Origin: Candidatus Multivoradales bacterium
GTDB lineage: Bacteria > Acidobacteriota > Thermoanaerobaculia > Multivoradales > J023
NCBI GenBank assembly: GCA_965248925.1
Contig: CBDFLE010000006.1
Location: forward strand, 5,154,601 to 5,218,600
Direction: 5' to 3'
DNA: 64,000 nucleotides
Position numbers and translations under genes: made by a program. This document shows, piece by piece, positions 37,425 through 47,528 of the stretch. The notes beneath the pieces were generated by a model. The model ran no database searches and was not told the origin of the DNA. It worked only from the letters and a program-made list of their open reading frames with translations. How positions within the stretch are numbered: position 1 is the first letter of the stretch; each line of letters starts with the position of its first letter.

Positions 37425-38462
37425 GTATCTGTTTACCAACATCGAAATGCCGGGCAATAGACTTTGGTGTTGGTACTGCCGCTCGTGTCGTACTTTCTGG
37501 CGAGACGGGCGCCAGCACCCGCGCGGGTATCTTTCGACGCCTGTGGGCATTTGACTCCCCGTCTTGAAAATGCTCAAATCTCCATGTTCATGCTCACTCA
37601 TGACCAACTGATCGACAAGAACAGGCGCCTCCGCGAACTCGCCGCAGAGCAGCAAGTGCAGATGCCGGAGGCGGCCAAGCTGCAAGCTGCTGTAGTGAAG
37701 CGGAGCTGGCGAAGAATGACCGCTCGGAGCGTGGCGAAACTTGCACCACAGGCTGGTAGGCGCCAGTTAGGGAGAGAGTACGGCATGCGAGCCGAGCGCA
37801 GCGTGTCCCAACAGGTCGATCGGACCGTTCGCGTCGAATGCCAGCCGTCCTGCCCTCAGTACTCGGCGCAGGTCTGCCTTGAGGGACGAGCAAGTCAGTT
37901 TAAGATCGATCTGCCGGAGATCCGACCTCAGACTACGGAGTCTATTCTCCAGCAGGGCCGCTGCTTGAGATGTGGTCGGCCCGTTCGGGGTCGGCATGCC
38001 GAGCAGATCTGCGACGCGACCTCGGTCAGCAGAGTACATTTCGGCCCCAGCGTGAACGGCCTCGCGGCCCACAGGAACAAGATCTGCGGGCCGTCCTCTG
38101 CCAAATATCGTGGCTCGGCGGTGGTAACTGCGGACGAGACTGGCTGGAAGGTGGCGGGTCTGCGGGCATGGTTGTGGGGCTTCGCTAGCGCGCAGGAGAC
38201 GGTGCCTCAGATCGAGCGAGGGCATGGAGTTGCTGAGGTGTGCAAGATCCTGGGAGAAGATTTCTGCGGTGTGCAGATCGCCGACGGGAATCGCTGGGCG
38301 CTCGGCGCCAAGACACAAGCGATCTTGACGACTCTCTTTAGGACCATGCATCAGAAGTCCTTGAAGCTGCGCAAGGTCATCGCCGAGATTCTATGTGCGC
38401 CCACACCGGTGCCGAATCTCACCGTTATTGACTGATCGGCGGGACGGCCGGTAAACAGATAC
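37425..38462 (+). mobile_element. Internally deleted IS66-family element
   Basis: Perfect 13-bp TIR GTATCTGTTTACC (37425-37437) and its inverse (38450-38462). 8-bp TSD AGAACTCC on both sides. The ORF keeps CPQ/CLRC zinc-finger and DETGW..AWLWGF motifs. Confidence 0.9.
37464..38435 (+). pseudogene. IS66 transposase remnant
   Basis: IS66 motifs (IDLPEIRP..T, ADETGWKVAG..WLW) are joined by large internal deletions; the ORF is much shorter than an intact transposase. Confidence 0.8.
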
Positions 38463-38474
38463 AGAACTCCAATC

Positions 38475-40667
38475 GTGAATAATTTCCAGCGCATCGCTGT
38501 GTTCTCCCTTGGCCTCTCAACGTTAGGTTTGCTCGGGCTGCTGCTGGCTTGCCAGGCGCCGCTCCCAGCCAAGACCGCTGCCGTGACCAAGGCGCCACTG
38601 GTAGATCCACCGAAGGCACCGGTGGCGGCCAAGAAACCCCAGGTCACCGAGTTGCATGGGGATCGCTTGGTGGACGACTACTCGTGGCTCCGCGAACGTG
38701 ACGATCCGGCCGTACTCGCTTACCTGGAGGCTGAGAAGATTTACACCCGGACGGTCACCTCGCACACAGCGGAGTTTCGCGATCAGCTCTATCATGAGCT
38801 TGCCGGGCGGCTGCAGGAGGAGGACTCCACGATGCCTTTTCCGCATGGAGACTATTTTTACTATTCACGCACCGAGAAGGGCAAGCCCTACGATATCTAC
38901 TGCCGTAAGAAGGGCTCTCTAGAGGCTCCGGAAGAACTCTTGTTGGACACGAATCTGGAGGCCGAAGACCACGAGTTCTACCGCAATGGCGATCTGGAAA
39001 TGAGTCCGGATCATCGATTGTTGGCCTATACGGAAGATACAGCGGGAACCGAATCCTACAGCTTGCGTGTGCGGCGGATCGCCGATGGGGTGGAATTAGC
39101 GGATCGTGTCGAAGGGCTGTCGGTCGGTCTGATCTGGGGCAACGACAGTAAGACGCTGTACTACACGGTGCTCAACGAGACCAGCCGCTCTTACAAAGTG
39201 TTCCGCCATATCTTGGGAACCCCGGCGGCGGCTGACGAAGAGCTATTCCACGAAGAGGATGCGGCTTTCAACGTTTGGATGTGGAAGGCTCGGAGTCAGC
39301 GCTACGTGATGTTGCTGTCGAGCAGCTCAACTACGGCAGAAATGCATTTGCTCGACGCCGACCAACCCGATAGTCAGTTCAACCTCTTCCAGGCCCGGCA
39401 GCCGCAGGTCCGCTATTCGTTGTATCACAACGAGGCTGGAATGTTCGTTCGTACCAACGAAGGCGGCGACCAGGGCTATCGTTTGATGTTGGCGCCCGCT
39501 GGCAATAGCGATCCCAACACTTGGAAGCGAATTATTGATCATCGCCAGCAGGTCAGGTTGGATACTATCGAGGAATTCAAGAATTTCTTGGTGATTACCG
39601 AACGAGTGGCCGGCCTGAAGAGGATGAGGGTGCTGGATACGACTACTTTCGAGAGTCAGTACATCGAGATGCCGGATTCTGTCTATGGTGTTTGGGCCGA
39701 ACAGAACGCTGAGTATGACACCGAGTTGTTCAGGTTCACCTACTCCTCGATGATAGCTCCGCAGTCGGTTTATGACTACGATATAAGTAGTCACCGCAGA
39801 GAGCTCAAGAAGGAGCAAAAAGTACCTGGATTCGACCGTTCCGAGTACCTCACTGAGCGGGTCTATGCACGGGCTGAAGACGGTGTTGCTATTCCCATTA
39901 GCTTAGCCTACAAGAAGGGGATTGAGAGAGACGGCAGTCACCCGATGCTGCTCTACGGCTATGGCTCTTATGGCGTCAATTTGTCGAACTTTTTCGATGC
40001 GGACCGATTCTCATTGCTCGATCGGGGTTGGGTCTATGCGATGGCTCATGTCCGTGGCGGCGGCGACCTTGGTGAGCAATGGCACCGCGATGGCAAGTTG
40101 CTTGACAAGCGCAACACCTTTACAGATTTTGTTGCCTCGGCAGAGCACCTGATAGCGCAGCGCTATACTTCCAGTGACCGCTTGGCGATCAACGGTGGTA
40201 GTGCTGGTGGGCTGTTGATCGGTGGAGTGCTCAATATGCGCCCGGATCTGTTCGCAGCCGCGGTCGCTGATGTCCCATTCGTTGATCTGATGAACACGAT
40301 GCTCGACGACTCCTTGCCGTTGACTGTCGGTGAGTACGAAGAGTGGGGAAATCCGCACGAGAAGCAAGCCTACTTCTATATGAAATCGTACTCGCCCTAT
40401 GACAACGTGACTGGCCAGGACTACCCTGCGTTATTGGTCAATGCCAGCTTCAACGACTCCCGGGTTCCCTATTGGGAAGCTGCGAAATGGGTCGCCAAGC
40501 TACGCGCGATGAAGACGGGCGATCAACAACTGTTGCTCAACATAAACATGGGAGCCGGCCACGGTGGTGCCTCGGGACGCTACGAGGAAGTCGAGGAGAT
40601 CGCTTTCGACTATGCCTTCCTGATCGACAACCTGCCAGCGGCGGGTGGATCGGCGGCGAGGCCGTGA
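38475..40667 (+). CDS. ptrB: Oligopeptidase B (S9A), predicted lipoprotein
   Basis: DDYSWLR, LLYGYGSYG, HVRGGG, catalytic GGSAGG, NDSRV and AGHGGASGRY. N-terminal hydrophobic stretch ends in an LLAC lipobox. Confidence 0.92.
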   Translation: MNNFQRIAVFSLGLSTLGLLGLLLACQAPLPAKTAAVTKAPLVDPPKAPVAAKKPQVTELHGDRLVDDYSWLRERDDPAVLAYLEAEKIYTRTVTSHTAEFRDQLYHELAGRLQEEDSTMPFPHGDYFYYSRTEKGKPYDIYCRKKGSLEAPEELLLDTNLEAEDHEFYRNGDLEMSPDHRLLAYTEDTAGTESYSLRVRRIADGVELADRVEGLSVGLIWGNDSKTLYYTVLNETSRSYKVFRHILGTPAAADEELFHEEDAAFNVWMWKARSQRYVMLLSSSSTTAEMHLLDADQPDSQFNLFQARQPQVRYSLYHNEAGMFVRTNEGGDQGYRLMLAPAGNSDPNTWKRIIDHRQQVRLDTIEEFKNFLVITERVAGLKRMRVLDTTTFESQYIEMPDSVYGVWAEQNAEYDTELFRFTYSSMIAPQSVYDYDISSHRRELKKEQKVPGFDRSEYLTERVYARAEDGVAIPISLAYKKGIERDGSHPMLLYGYGSYGVNLSNFFDADRFSLLDRGWVYAMAHVRGGGDLGEQWHRDGKLLDKRNTFTDFVASAEHLIAQRYTSSDRLAINGGSAGGLLIGGVLNMRPDLFAAAVADVPFVDLMNTMLDDSLPLTVGEYEEWGNPHEKQAYFYMKSYSPYDNVTGQDYPALLVNASFNDSRVPYWEAAKWVAKLRAMKTGDQQLLLNINMGAGHGGASGRYEEVEEIAFDYAFLIDNLPAAGGSAARP

Positions 40668-40699
40668 TCCGGCGCTGCTGTGCCTTGGGTGGGTGGAAG

Positions 40700-41145
40700 G
40701 GTATTGTCAACTTGTTCGGTCTCAGCGCCAGCCTGGCTGCGTAGCGTGCTGCGCAATGACCTCAACCGACGAAGTTCACTTGCTGCCAAACCCTGAACGA
40801 GCGAGGCCAAAGAAGCCGATAATTCGCTGCGTTGACCGTCTGATGACCGACTCGCAACAGACTCCCGACGACGCTACTAACTGAGAAGAAGCGCTGTGCT
40901 CCTCCGGGCGTCTTGAATTCCTCATCTGCCGGCCTCGACACTGCACGGATTCATGTGACTCCTCTGCCCGTTTGTTCGCCTAGCGGCTAGTATCGCGAGG
41001 AACCGTTGGCATATCGTCACGGTGAGCGCAGCCATGGCTCTTGAGCTTGTCGGTCACCAAGTGATTCGGCCCTTGGCCAAGTCCCTTCAGTAATTCACGG
41101 AAGAAGCGTCTCGCTGCACGGCTATCCCGACGAGATTAGACCAAG
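40700..41145 (-). pseudogene. IS6-family transposase 3' remnant with one terminal repeat
   Basis: Minus-strand translation LV*SRRDSRAARRFFRELLKG..LVTDKLKSHG...*ANKRAEESH...RQMR/FKTPGGAQRFFS matches the IS6 DDE C-terminal half, with stops and a frameshift. IS6-like end GGTATTGTCAACTTG at 40700-40714. Confidence 0.78.
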
Positions 41146-41399
41146 TGCTCAGTGACTATTAGATCTGTGAACCGTATTGCCTCACGGAATGATGTTACCC
41201 GAGGATAGATGTCGCCGCCGTGGTCGCCGAGCTGTGGGAATCGTATGACCTCGCCCTGCCACCTCTTGACAGCGGCCTCAGATTCGAAGAGCAAAGATCA
41301 GCTCGGTGCCGATCAATCTTCTGGGTGATCTGGCGGGGTGATAGTGCCGGGTTCTTCGAGGGGCGCCGAAAGCGGGTTGTGCGCCGCACCGGCGACTTG

Positions 41400-41818
41400 C
41401 AACCAGCTTCTTGTTGCCGTACTCCTCGACCCTGTTGACGACCCGCGTGTCCTCCCAGGCGTTCATGATGGTGCCTTCGATATATCGCGATTCGTCAGGG
41501 AAGACCTTGCGGAGATCCGGGAAAAAGGGGGCCGCTGAACGATTTCTCGGCGACGGTTGTGATGATGGTGTCGACTTAGAAGAGTTTCGCCGCCTTGGCG
41601 ATGCCGACGGTGTTGTTGCGCAGACTCTCGATCGGCTGTGAGCCGACGGCAAATGCCATCTGGCTCTCGTGGTCAATCAGGATGAGGGTGTGATCGTCGG
41701 GGTTGAGCAGCTGTGGCCCTGCCTGCTGGGGATTGTTGTGCGGGTTCTGGGCGACGGTCGGAGAGGTGGTCAGGCCGGCAAGGACGAGAATGGAAGCGAG
41801 ACGATGTAAGATCTTCAT
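41400..41818 (-). pseudogene. YcaC-like isochorismatase-family hydrolase, disrupted
   Basis: LILIDHESQMAFAV...LRNN...AKAAKLF* continues as VDTIITTVAEKSFSGP and, after a frameshift, MNAWED...KKLV. The 3' end is missing. Confidence 0.8.
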
Positions 41819-41870
41819 GGTTTATCTCCGGTCAGGTGTGACGTGTTTGGCGTTGATCGAGATGAACGTG

Positions 41871-42478
41871 TCAGTCAGTGACCACGGACAGCGGTTCATT
41901 CCAAGACTGTGAGAATACGAATTCGTGGAGCGGACGGCGGACACGGGGCCTGGTGTCCCTCTGTTGGTACTCGGTGTGACCCGTCTGCCCTCCGCGGTAA
42001 CCGATGGCTAAGGCGACGAAGGGGTCGAACCCTTCCGGGATGTCGAAAAACTTGCGGGCTTTCTCGGGGACGATGTCGATCATCTGGTGAACGGAAAGAC
42101 CGCGCCGGGTGGCTTCGAACGTCAGGTTGCGTTGGCAAGGCCCAGATCGTGCTCGGCCGCGGTGTTGGGATTGCCGTTGCGCTCGAATCGAAGGCTGACG
42201 ACGCCGAGAGCGAGGACCGGCGCGTGCTGTGCCCAGGCGCGGTTGCCGTCGAGCTAGCACTCCAGCAGGCGTTCGAAGGCGCTGGCGTTTCCGCGGGTGG
42301 CGACAAGATAGCGCCACGGCTGCTCGTTGTGAGACGAGGCCGCCCAGCGGGCCGCTTTGAAGAGGGCCAGCAGGTCTTCCGTGGCGACCGGGCGGTGGCT
42401 AGACACGTAGGGACTCCAGCGCTGGGCAACGAGCTCTTCGATCGGGTGGTCTGGGCGAGCTTCCTTGAGGTGTTGCAT
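41871..42478 (-). pseudogene. Nitroreductase family protein, disrupted
   Basis: QRWSP...AARWAASSHNEQPWRY, then a TAG, then GNRAWAQHAPVL..HDLGLA, then a frameshift to NLTFEATRRGLSVHQM...AIGY. Confidence 0.85.
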
Positions 42479-42491
42479 GGTTGGCGGTTCC

Positions 42492-42995
42492 TCAGCCGAG
42501 GTCGAAGAGGAGGATCTCGGCGCTCATTCGGCCGGCGATCTGAATGGCTTGCTGGTTAGAGATGGCGGCGCCATCCCCTTCGGCGAGGTTCCGGCCGTTG
42601 ACCGAGACCTCGCCACGGGCGACCTGGATCCAGATCTGCAGGAAATGCACCGGCTCCTCGAGCGACGGGTTCATTTCACTGTGGTGGATGCCGGTGCCGG
42701 CGGTCATCACCTGGACGTCGCCGCCGCTCAGGACAGATCCGTTGCCCATGCTGTCGCGGTGGGCCAGGGAGCCGTCGAGGACATAGGAGACGATCTCCAT
42801 GTCGCCGTGGGAGTGCTCACCAAAACCGGAACCCGGGTTGACGTGGTCGTCGTTGATCACTCGTAGGCAACGGAATCCCATCTGCTCCGGGTTGTGGTAG
42901 TCGGCGAAGGAGAAGGTGTGTCGTGAGTCGAGCCAGCCCAGGTCGGCGTGGCCCCGGTCGGTGGATTTGCGGATACGTATCATGGTGTTGCTCAT
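42492..42995 (-). pseudogene. Pirin/YhhW-family protein with an in-frame internal deletion
   Basis: RGHADLGWLDSRHTFSFADY, HSHGDMEI, HRDSMGN, MTAGTGIHHSE. LQIWI is fused directly to QVARG, so the middle is missing. Confidence 0.8.
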
Positions 42996-43031
42996 TTTCG
43001 TTTTCGCGTTCGCGGCGTCGCAAGAATAGTT

Positions 43032-43047
43032 AGCAATTCCTGTTCCA
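43032..43047 (-). promoter_or_regulatory. Sigma54 (-24/-12) promoter for the pirin-nitroreductase-ycaC operon
   Basis: Minus strand reads TGGAACAGGAATTGCT (GG-N10-GC), about 40 bp upstream of the pirin start and divergent from a sigma54 activator. Confidence 0.8.
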
Positions 43048-43134
43048 CCCGCACAAGTCCACCTAATATAATGATACTAAATAACTTACGCGAGAACATC
43101 GCGAAATCATGAGAGTCAGCTAGACTGTTCCATC

Positions 43135-43170
43135 TGTTGCAGCGCGCAACATTTGCGTTTCGTTGAAACG
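43135..43170. promoter_or_regulatory. Candidate enhancer (UAS) palindromes
   Basis: TGTTGC-n5-GCAACA (43135-43151) and CGTTTC-n3-GAAACG lie about 90-120 bp upstream of the sigma54 promoter, with an AT-rich stretch in between. Confidence 0.5.
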
Positions 43171-44857
43171 TTCCAGGGGGACTGCAGTGGTTCGAGCGAG
43201 CGAGATCAAGCTGTCAGAATTGCTCCAGTTCGAGCACGACGAAGGGCTCATCCACCTCAGGGACTACCGGATGGTGATGCTTTCCGCTTGTGCTCTCGGC
43301 GCGCTGCGCAAGGAGTTGATCGAGACCCTGGGCTGGGACCAGGCCCGGGGCCTGATGAAGCGCTTCGGCTACGCCGCCGGGGTGGCCGACGCGCTCTGCT
43401 TGGCACAGCGCTTTCCCGAGGCGAGCGGTATGTGGCACATGGACTTCGGACCTGAGCTCCATGCCCTCGAGGGCATGGCCAAGCTGGTCCGCATTCCCGA
43501 GTGGTCGCAGATCGACCTGGAGAAGGGCATCTTCCACGTCGAGGCCTACTGGGAGAATTCCTTCGAGGCCGAGCAGCAACTCGACATCCTAGGTCCCAGC
43601 TAGGAACCGATCTGCTGGATCCTCTCCGGCTATGCCTACGGACATTCCTCGACAGCCGCGGAACGGCCGACCGTGGTCGTCGAGACCGAATGCCGGGCGA
43701 TGGGTCATGAACGCTGCCGCTTCACCGCCACTCTGGCGGAATCAATGCCCGAGATGGTGCGTCGGGAAGAGTCGGACTACGCGCCGCATCACTTTCCGGA
43801 GGTCCTCGAGAACCTCTTATCGACCCTGAAAAAGCAGAAGCGAGCGCTGCGTTCGCGGGAAAGGACGATCGAGCGATTGCGTTCGGAGGTCGAGCGCATC
43901 CGTCCCCGAGGGAGCTTCATCTGCGACAGCCCGGCGCTGTCGCAGACCCTCGACACGGCCCAGGCAGTGGCGCCTTACACCACCACCGTTCTCATCCTGG
44001 GAGAGAGCGGCAGCGGCAAGGAGCTGATGGCCCGTTTCGTCCATGACCAGAGCCCGCGAGCCGGCAAGTCGTTCTCGGCGGTGAATTGCAGCGCCCTGTG
44101 TGAGAAAATTCAAGAGGCGGAGCTTTTCGGCTACGCCCGGGGGGCGTTTACAGGAGCGTCGATGGCGAATGCGGGCCTCTTCGAAGCAGCCCACGGCGGC
44201 ACTCTCTTTCTCGACGAGATCGGCGACCTGGCGTTGACCGCCCAAACCAAGATCCTTCGCGCCCTCCAGGAAGGTGAAGTCAAACGTCTCGGCGAGACCC
44301 GGGTCCGCAAGGTGGACACCCGCATCGTCGCCGCCACCAACCGTGATCTAGCGGCCATGGTGCGGGAGAAGACGTTCCGCGAGGATCTCTACTACCGGCT
44401 GAGCGTCGTCACGATCACCCTGCCGCCGCTCCGGGAACGGGCCAACGACGTCCTGTTGGTCGCCGAGCATTTTCTCGGGGTGTACGCAAAGCAATTTCAC
44501 AAGAATGTGCGGTCGTTCTCTCGAGCGGCCAGCTGCGCCCTCGTCGGTTATCCTTGGCCCGGCAACATCCGAGAGCTTGAGAACGTTGTCCAGCGGGCGG
44601 TCATCCTGGCCAAGGGGTGCCGGGTAGACGCCGCCGATCTGCCGGAGCACCTGGTCACCGGCAAGCCGGCCCCGAGCCTGGCACCAGCAGCGTCCACACC
44701 GCTCGATGCCGAGCGGGCAGAGCTACAAGAGATTGAAGACCAGGGCGCACGCCTGCGACGGGCGCTAGAACTAGCCGGTGGCAACCGTCAACAGGCGGCG
44801 GATCTCTTGGGGATCAGCCGGACGACCCTCTGGAGGCGTCTGAAGGCCGTCGAATAG
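43163..44857 (+). pseudogene. XylR/DmpR-type sigma54-dependent activator (XylR_N-V4R-AAA-HTH) with an in-frame TAG
   Basis: ORFs 43163-43603 and 43673-44857 share a frame, reading GPS*EPICWILSGYA. Contains GESGSGKE, GAFTGA, LFLDEIG, WPGNIRELEN and a Fis-type HTH. Confidence 0.88.
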
Positions 44858-44925
44858 GTACTTCCCACTAACAAACCATCGTTCCGTGAGGCAATACGGC
44901 GCACAGGTCTAATTGTCGCTGGGCA

Positions 44926-46730
44926 TCGACCTGTTGGCCGTCGCGCAGCAGCTCGACGAAAGCACTAGTGGGCTGATACTCGGCCGGCGCGATCTGGTAG
45001 CTCACCGCTACCGGCTCAGCTGCGAGGCCGTCGTCGTCGAGGGGCACGATAGGCGGCTCGAAGCTGGTGATCTGAGCTTGCACCCCCCACAGACTGCCGA
45101 TTTCTTGGTCGATGTTGGCGATCAGTCCGAGGGCAATGTCGAGCAGGCCGACGGCGAGGTAGTCCTCGGGGGTTTCGAGCACAGTGACTTCGCCATTGAA
45201 GTCGTCGAGGTAGGGACTCTTGGGCAGCACCGGTAGCAACACCCGAGCAGTGTGCAAGGCTGGGTCGAGGCCGGCTTGCAGCCGGCTCTCGAGGCGGCCG
45301 AGGAGGTTGTCGATCTGTGGCGGCGTGGTGGTGCCGGCGGGCAGCAGTTCAACCGCCAGCGGGTGAGTGTTGTCTTGGTAGAAATAGGCGGGTCGCCACT
45401 CGCCTCGTAGCTCGTTGCAGACCAGGAAGAACAGCGGTCCCCCCGGGCTGGGGTCGGCGATCCCTATCCCCTGGCACTCGGGCACCCATTCGAGGGCCTC
45501 GACTCCGACCGGTGGGTCGTAGACCTGGCCGGCTCGCACTGCCGAGCTGGGCTGGCCGGCGGCGTCGGCGAAGAACCCGAAAGTGCGCACGAAGCGCTGT
45601 GCCAGCGGCCCGCAGTGGTCGTGGTTGAGGCCCGTGTTGTTGATGAAGGAAATGCTGTACTCGTAAGACAGCGGTGGCAAGGCGGCTGAACTGACGGTTG
45701 CCGGGTAGCTGGTAATGGCGCTGGGGCCGGCGATGAAACCGGCCGAGACCTGACCCGAGGAGGTCGTTCTCAGGGTCAAATCGGAGCTGCCGCAATCGCC
45801 GAAACGGGGCGTAGTGACCGGGCAGCCGGTGAAGCCACCGGTGATCGAGTCGATTGAGGCGTCGAAGAAGGCACCTGGGGTGGGGTCCGGCGGAGCGTTG
45901 GTGCAGGTGATGCCAGGGGCGACGAAGACGGTGTTGGTGAAAGCCACGTCTTGATTGGCCACTGGGTTGCCGTGCGGATCCTCGACGGCGATCGCCAGGG
46001 TGTCTTGCCACAGGCCGTGCAGCACGGTGAGGTCGGTGCCCTGGTTGTCGTCGCGGTTGGTGCGGCGCAGAGCCGCCGGATCCTGGGGGAAGGCGACCGA
46101 GGAAATCGGCTGGCGCAGCACCAGATTGCCGAGTCTGGAGCTGGCCACCGCCTCGACCACGTTCTCCAGCACTCGGGTTTGGAAGATGTCGCTGTCGAAG
46201 CGACGAAGGAAGAGGGGGTTAGCCGCGGTGTGCTTTCCTGAACGTAACTTGACGCGGGCCATTCCACGGGCGTCGGTGCGTAGGGTGAGGCTGGTGGATT
46301 CTTGGTTCTGGGTGTCGAGCAGCCGGCCGTCGCCAGCCCAGATGTAGAAGGTGACTTCGGTGCCCTGGACCGGTCGGCCGGCCGCGTCGAGCACGCGCAC
46401 CGCCAGAGGGTGACGATAGACCCTGTCGACGGTGCCGAGCTGGCTGTCAGTACCCTCGGCGACGAGTAGCTCGACGCCAGCGAGAGGATCGGTGTTGGGG
46501 GAGTCTGACATGGGCGCGGCCAGGGCATCGGCGAGGAAGCCCAGCAGCCAGTTCTCAGGCGCCTCGACGGTGGCGCCACCGGCCAGGCCGCCGGAGAGGA
46601 AGTAGCCGGCCGTGCCGCTCTCTGGATCTTCGGCTCGCCATGTCGAGCCGGTCCAGGCACTGACGGAGATCGGCTGGCGGGGGATCTCGACCGTCAGCCC
46701 TTGGGCGATGAGGGCGACCACGTCGTCACG
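44926..46730 (-). repeat. Near-identical copy of an internal segment (54359-56163) of the giant Rhs gene; non-functional fragment
   Basis: Constant offset of 9433 with only a handful of substitutions. Bounded by an IS21-type end and a truncated XRE gene. Confidence 0.95.
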
Positions 46731-46734
46731 GCCA

Positions 46735-46925
46735 GGGTGTATCGGGTGACTAACTGATGGAAGGGGCCAACGAAGATGCGGCAAGAGCCTACTTCGAAGA
46801 CCGCGAGATACTACGCCAATTTCAGGAAGTCGAAGGGCTGCCCGAGAAGGACAAGTTCGTTGTCAAGAAGCTCCTCGACGCATTTCTTACCAAGAAGCAG
46901 ATTCAGAGGCTGGCTGTTAGGAAGC
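46735..46925 (+). pseudogene. 5'-truncated XRE-family regulator (copy 1)
   Basis: Only MEGANED...KKLLDAFLTKKQIQRL remains; the HTH is lost at the junction with the Rhs fragment. Confidence 0.8.
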
Positions 46926-47450
46926 TGGAGTCAGCAGGTAGTCTGCTGGCACCCAGGCTGCCAACCAAACTAGTTCGTTGCCTTTGTAGAAGACAACGCC
47001 CGCCGCTTGCGCTTCTGCCGCCCCGACCTCCAGGATTACCGCGTTGCGGGCTTTTCGGTGGCCTACCTGGTTGGCCGTTTCTCGGTCAGCCGAGAGGTGG
47101 ACGTACTGCCGGCCCATCGGCTTGAGACCTTCAACCAAAATCACTTCAGCCGTCTTGGGTGACGTGCCATGGTAGAGCACGGCCGGTGGAGTCGCTGGCA
47201 GCTTCAGCAGGCGTTGCGGCGTCGAATGACCGTAGAGCGCTCGAATCCGTCCGTCGTGCAGCTCGAAGCGCTGTTTGTCTGCAGCCGCCATCACTCGCAC
47301 GATGTCTTGTCCGGACAGCCACCGCCATTCTCGGCGCTGGCTACGCAGCGCCGAGAACAACATCTCTACGTCGACCCAGCCCTCTTCGTCCAGCTCCAGC
47401 TCGTAGAGCCACGGTTCGTGGCGAAGGGCGTGGGAAATTGTGCGGCTCAG
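46735..47450. repeat. Diverged copy of 63035-63750 (3' part of the XRE gene plus kptA)
   Basis: Collinear at offset 16300 with many substitutions. Confidence 0.92.
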
Positions 47451-47528
47451 CCGGAGCCGTTCTTCCCCTTTGGATGGAGCCGCTCTTCCCAATCGATGGG
47501 CCTTAACCTTCTGATTCACTCCAGGCAA
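46917..47528 (-). CDS. kptA: RNA 2'-phosphotransferase (KptA/Tpt1), copy 1
   Basis: SHALRHEP, DEEGWV, DKQRFE, IRALYGHS, LYHGT, GLKPMGRQYVHLS, VGHRK, VWLA. Start codon uncertain. Confidence 0.92.
   Translation of the reverse strand: MPGVNQKVKAHRLGRAAPSKGEERLRLSRTISHALRHEPWLYELELDEEGWVDVEMLFSALRSQRREWRWLSGQDIVRVMAAADKQRFELHDGRIRALYGHSTPQRLLKLPATPPAVLYHGTSPKTAEVILVEGLKPMGRQYVHLSADRETANQVGHRKARNAVILEVGAAEAQAAGVVFYKGNELVWLAAWVPADYLLTPAS

Larger units (their letters stand above)
41146..44925. mobile_element. Non-autonomous cargo element bounded by ~50-bp inverted repeats with IS21-type outer ends (TG...CA)
   Basis: Left end TGCTCAGTGACTATTAGATCTGTGAACCGTATTGCCTCACGGAATGATG; reverse complement of the right end TGCCCAGCGACAATTAGACCTGTGCGCCGTATTGCCTCACGGAACGATG. 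The outer 26 bp match the IS21 end at 62859-62884. No transposase inside. Confidence 0.75.

Noticed and set aside
43601-43603. Amber read-through or recoding in the sigma54 activator (and the nitroreductase)
   Set aside because: Neighbouring genes also carry TAA stops, frameshifts and deletions, and TAG terminates normal genes in this window. Decay is the simpler explanation.
44868-46784. 638-aa ORF as an independent gene
   Set aside because: It is an internal Rhs duplicate; its start comes from antisense XRE sequence and its end from the inverted repeat.
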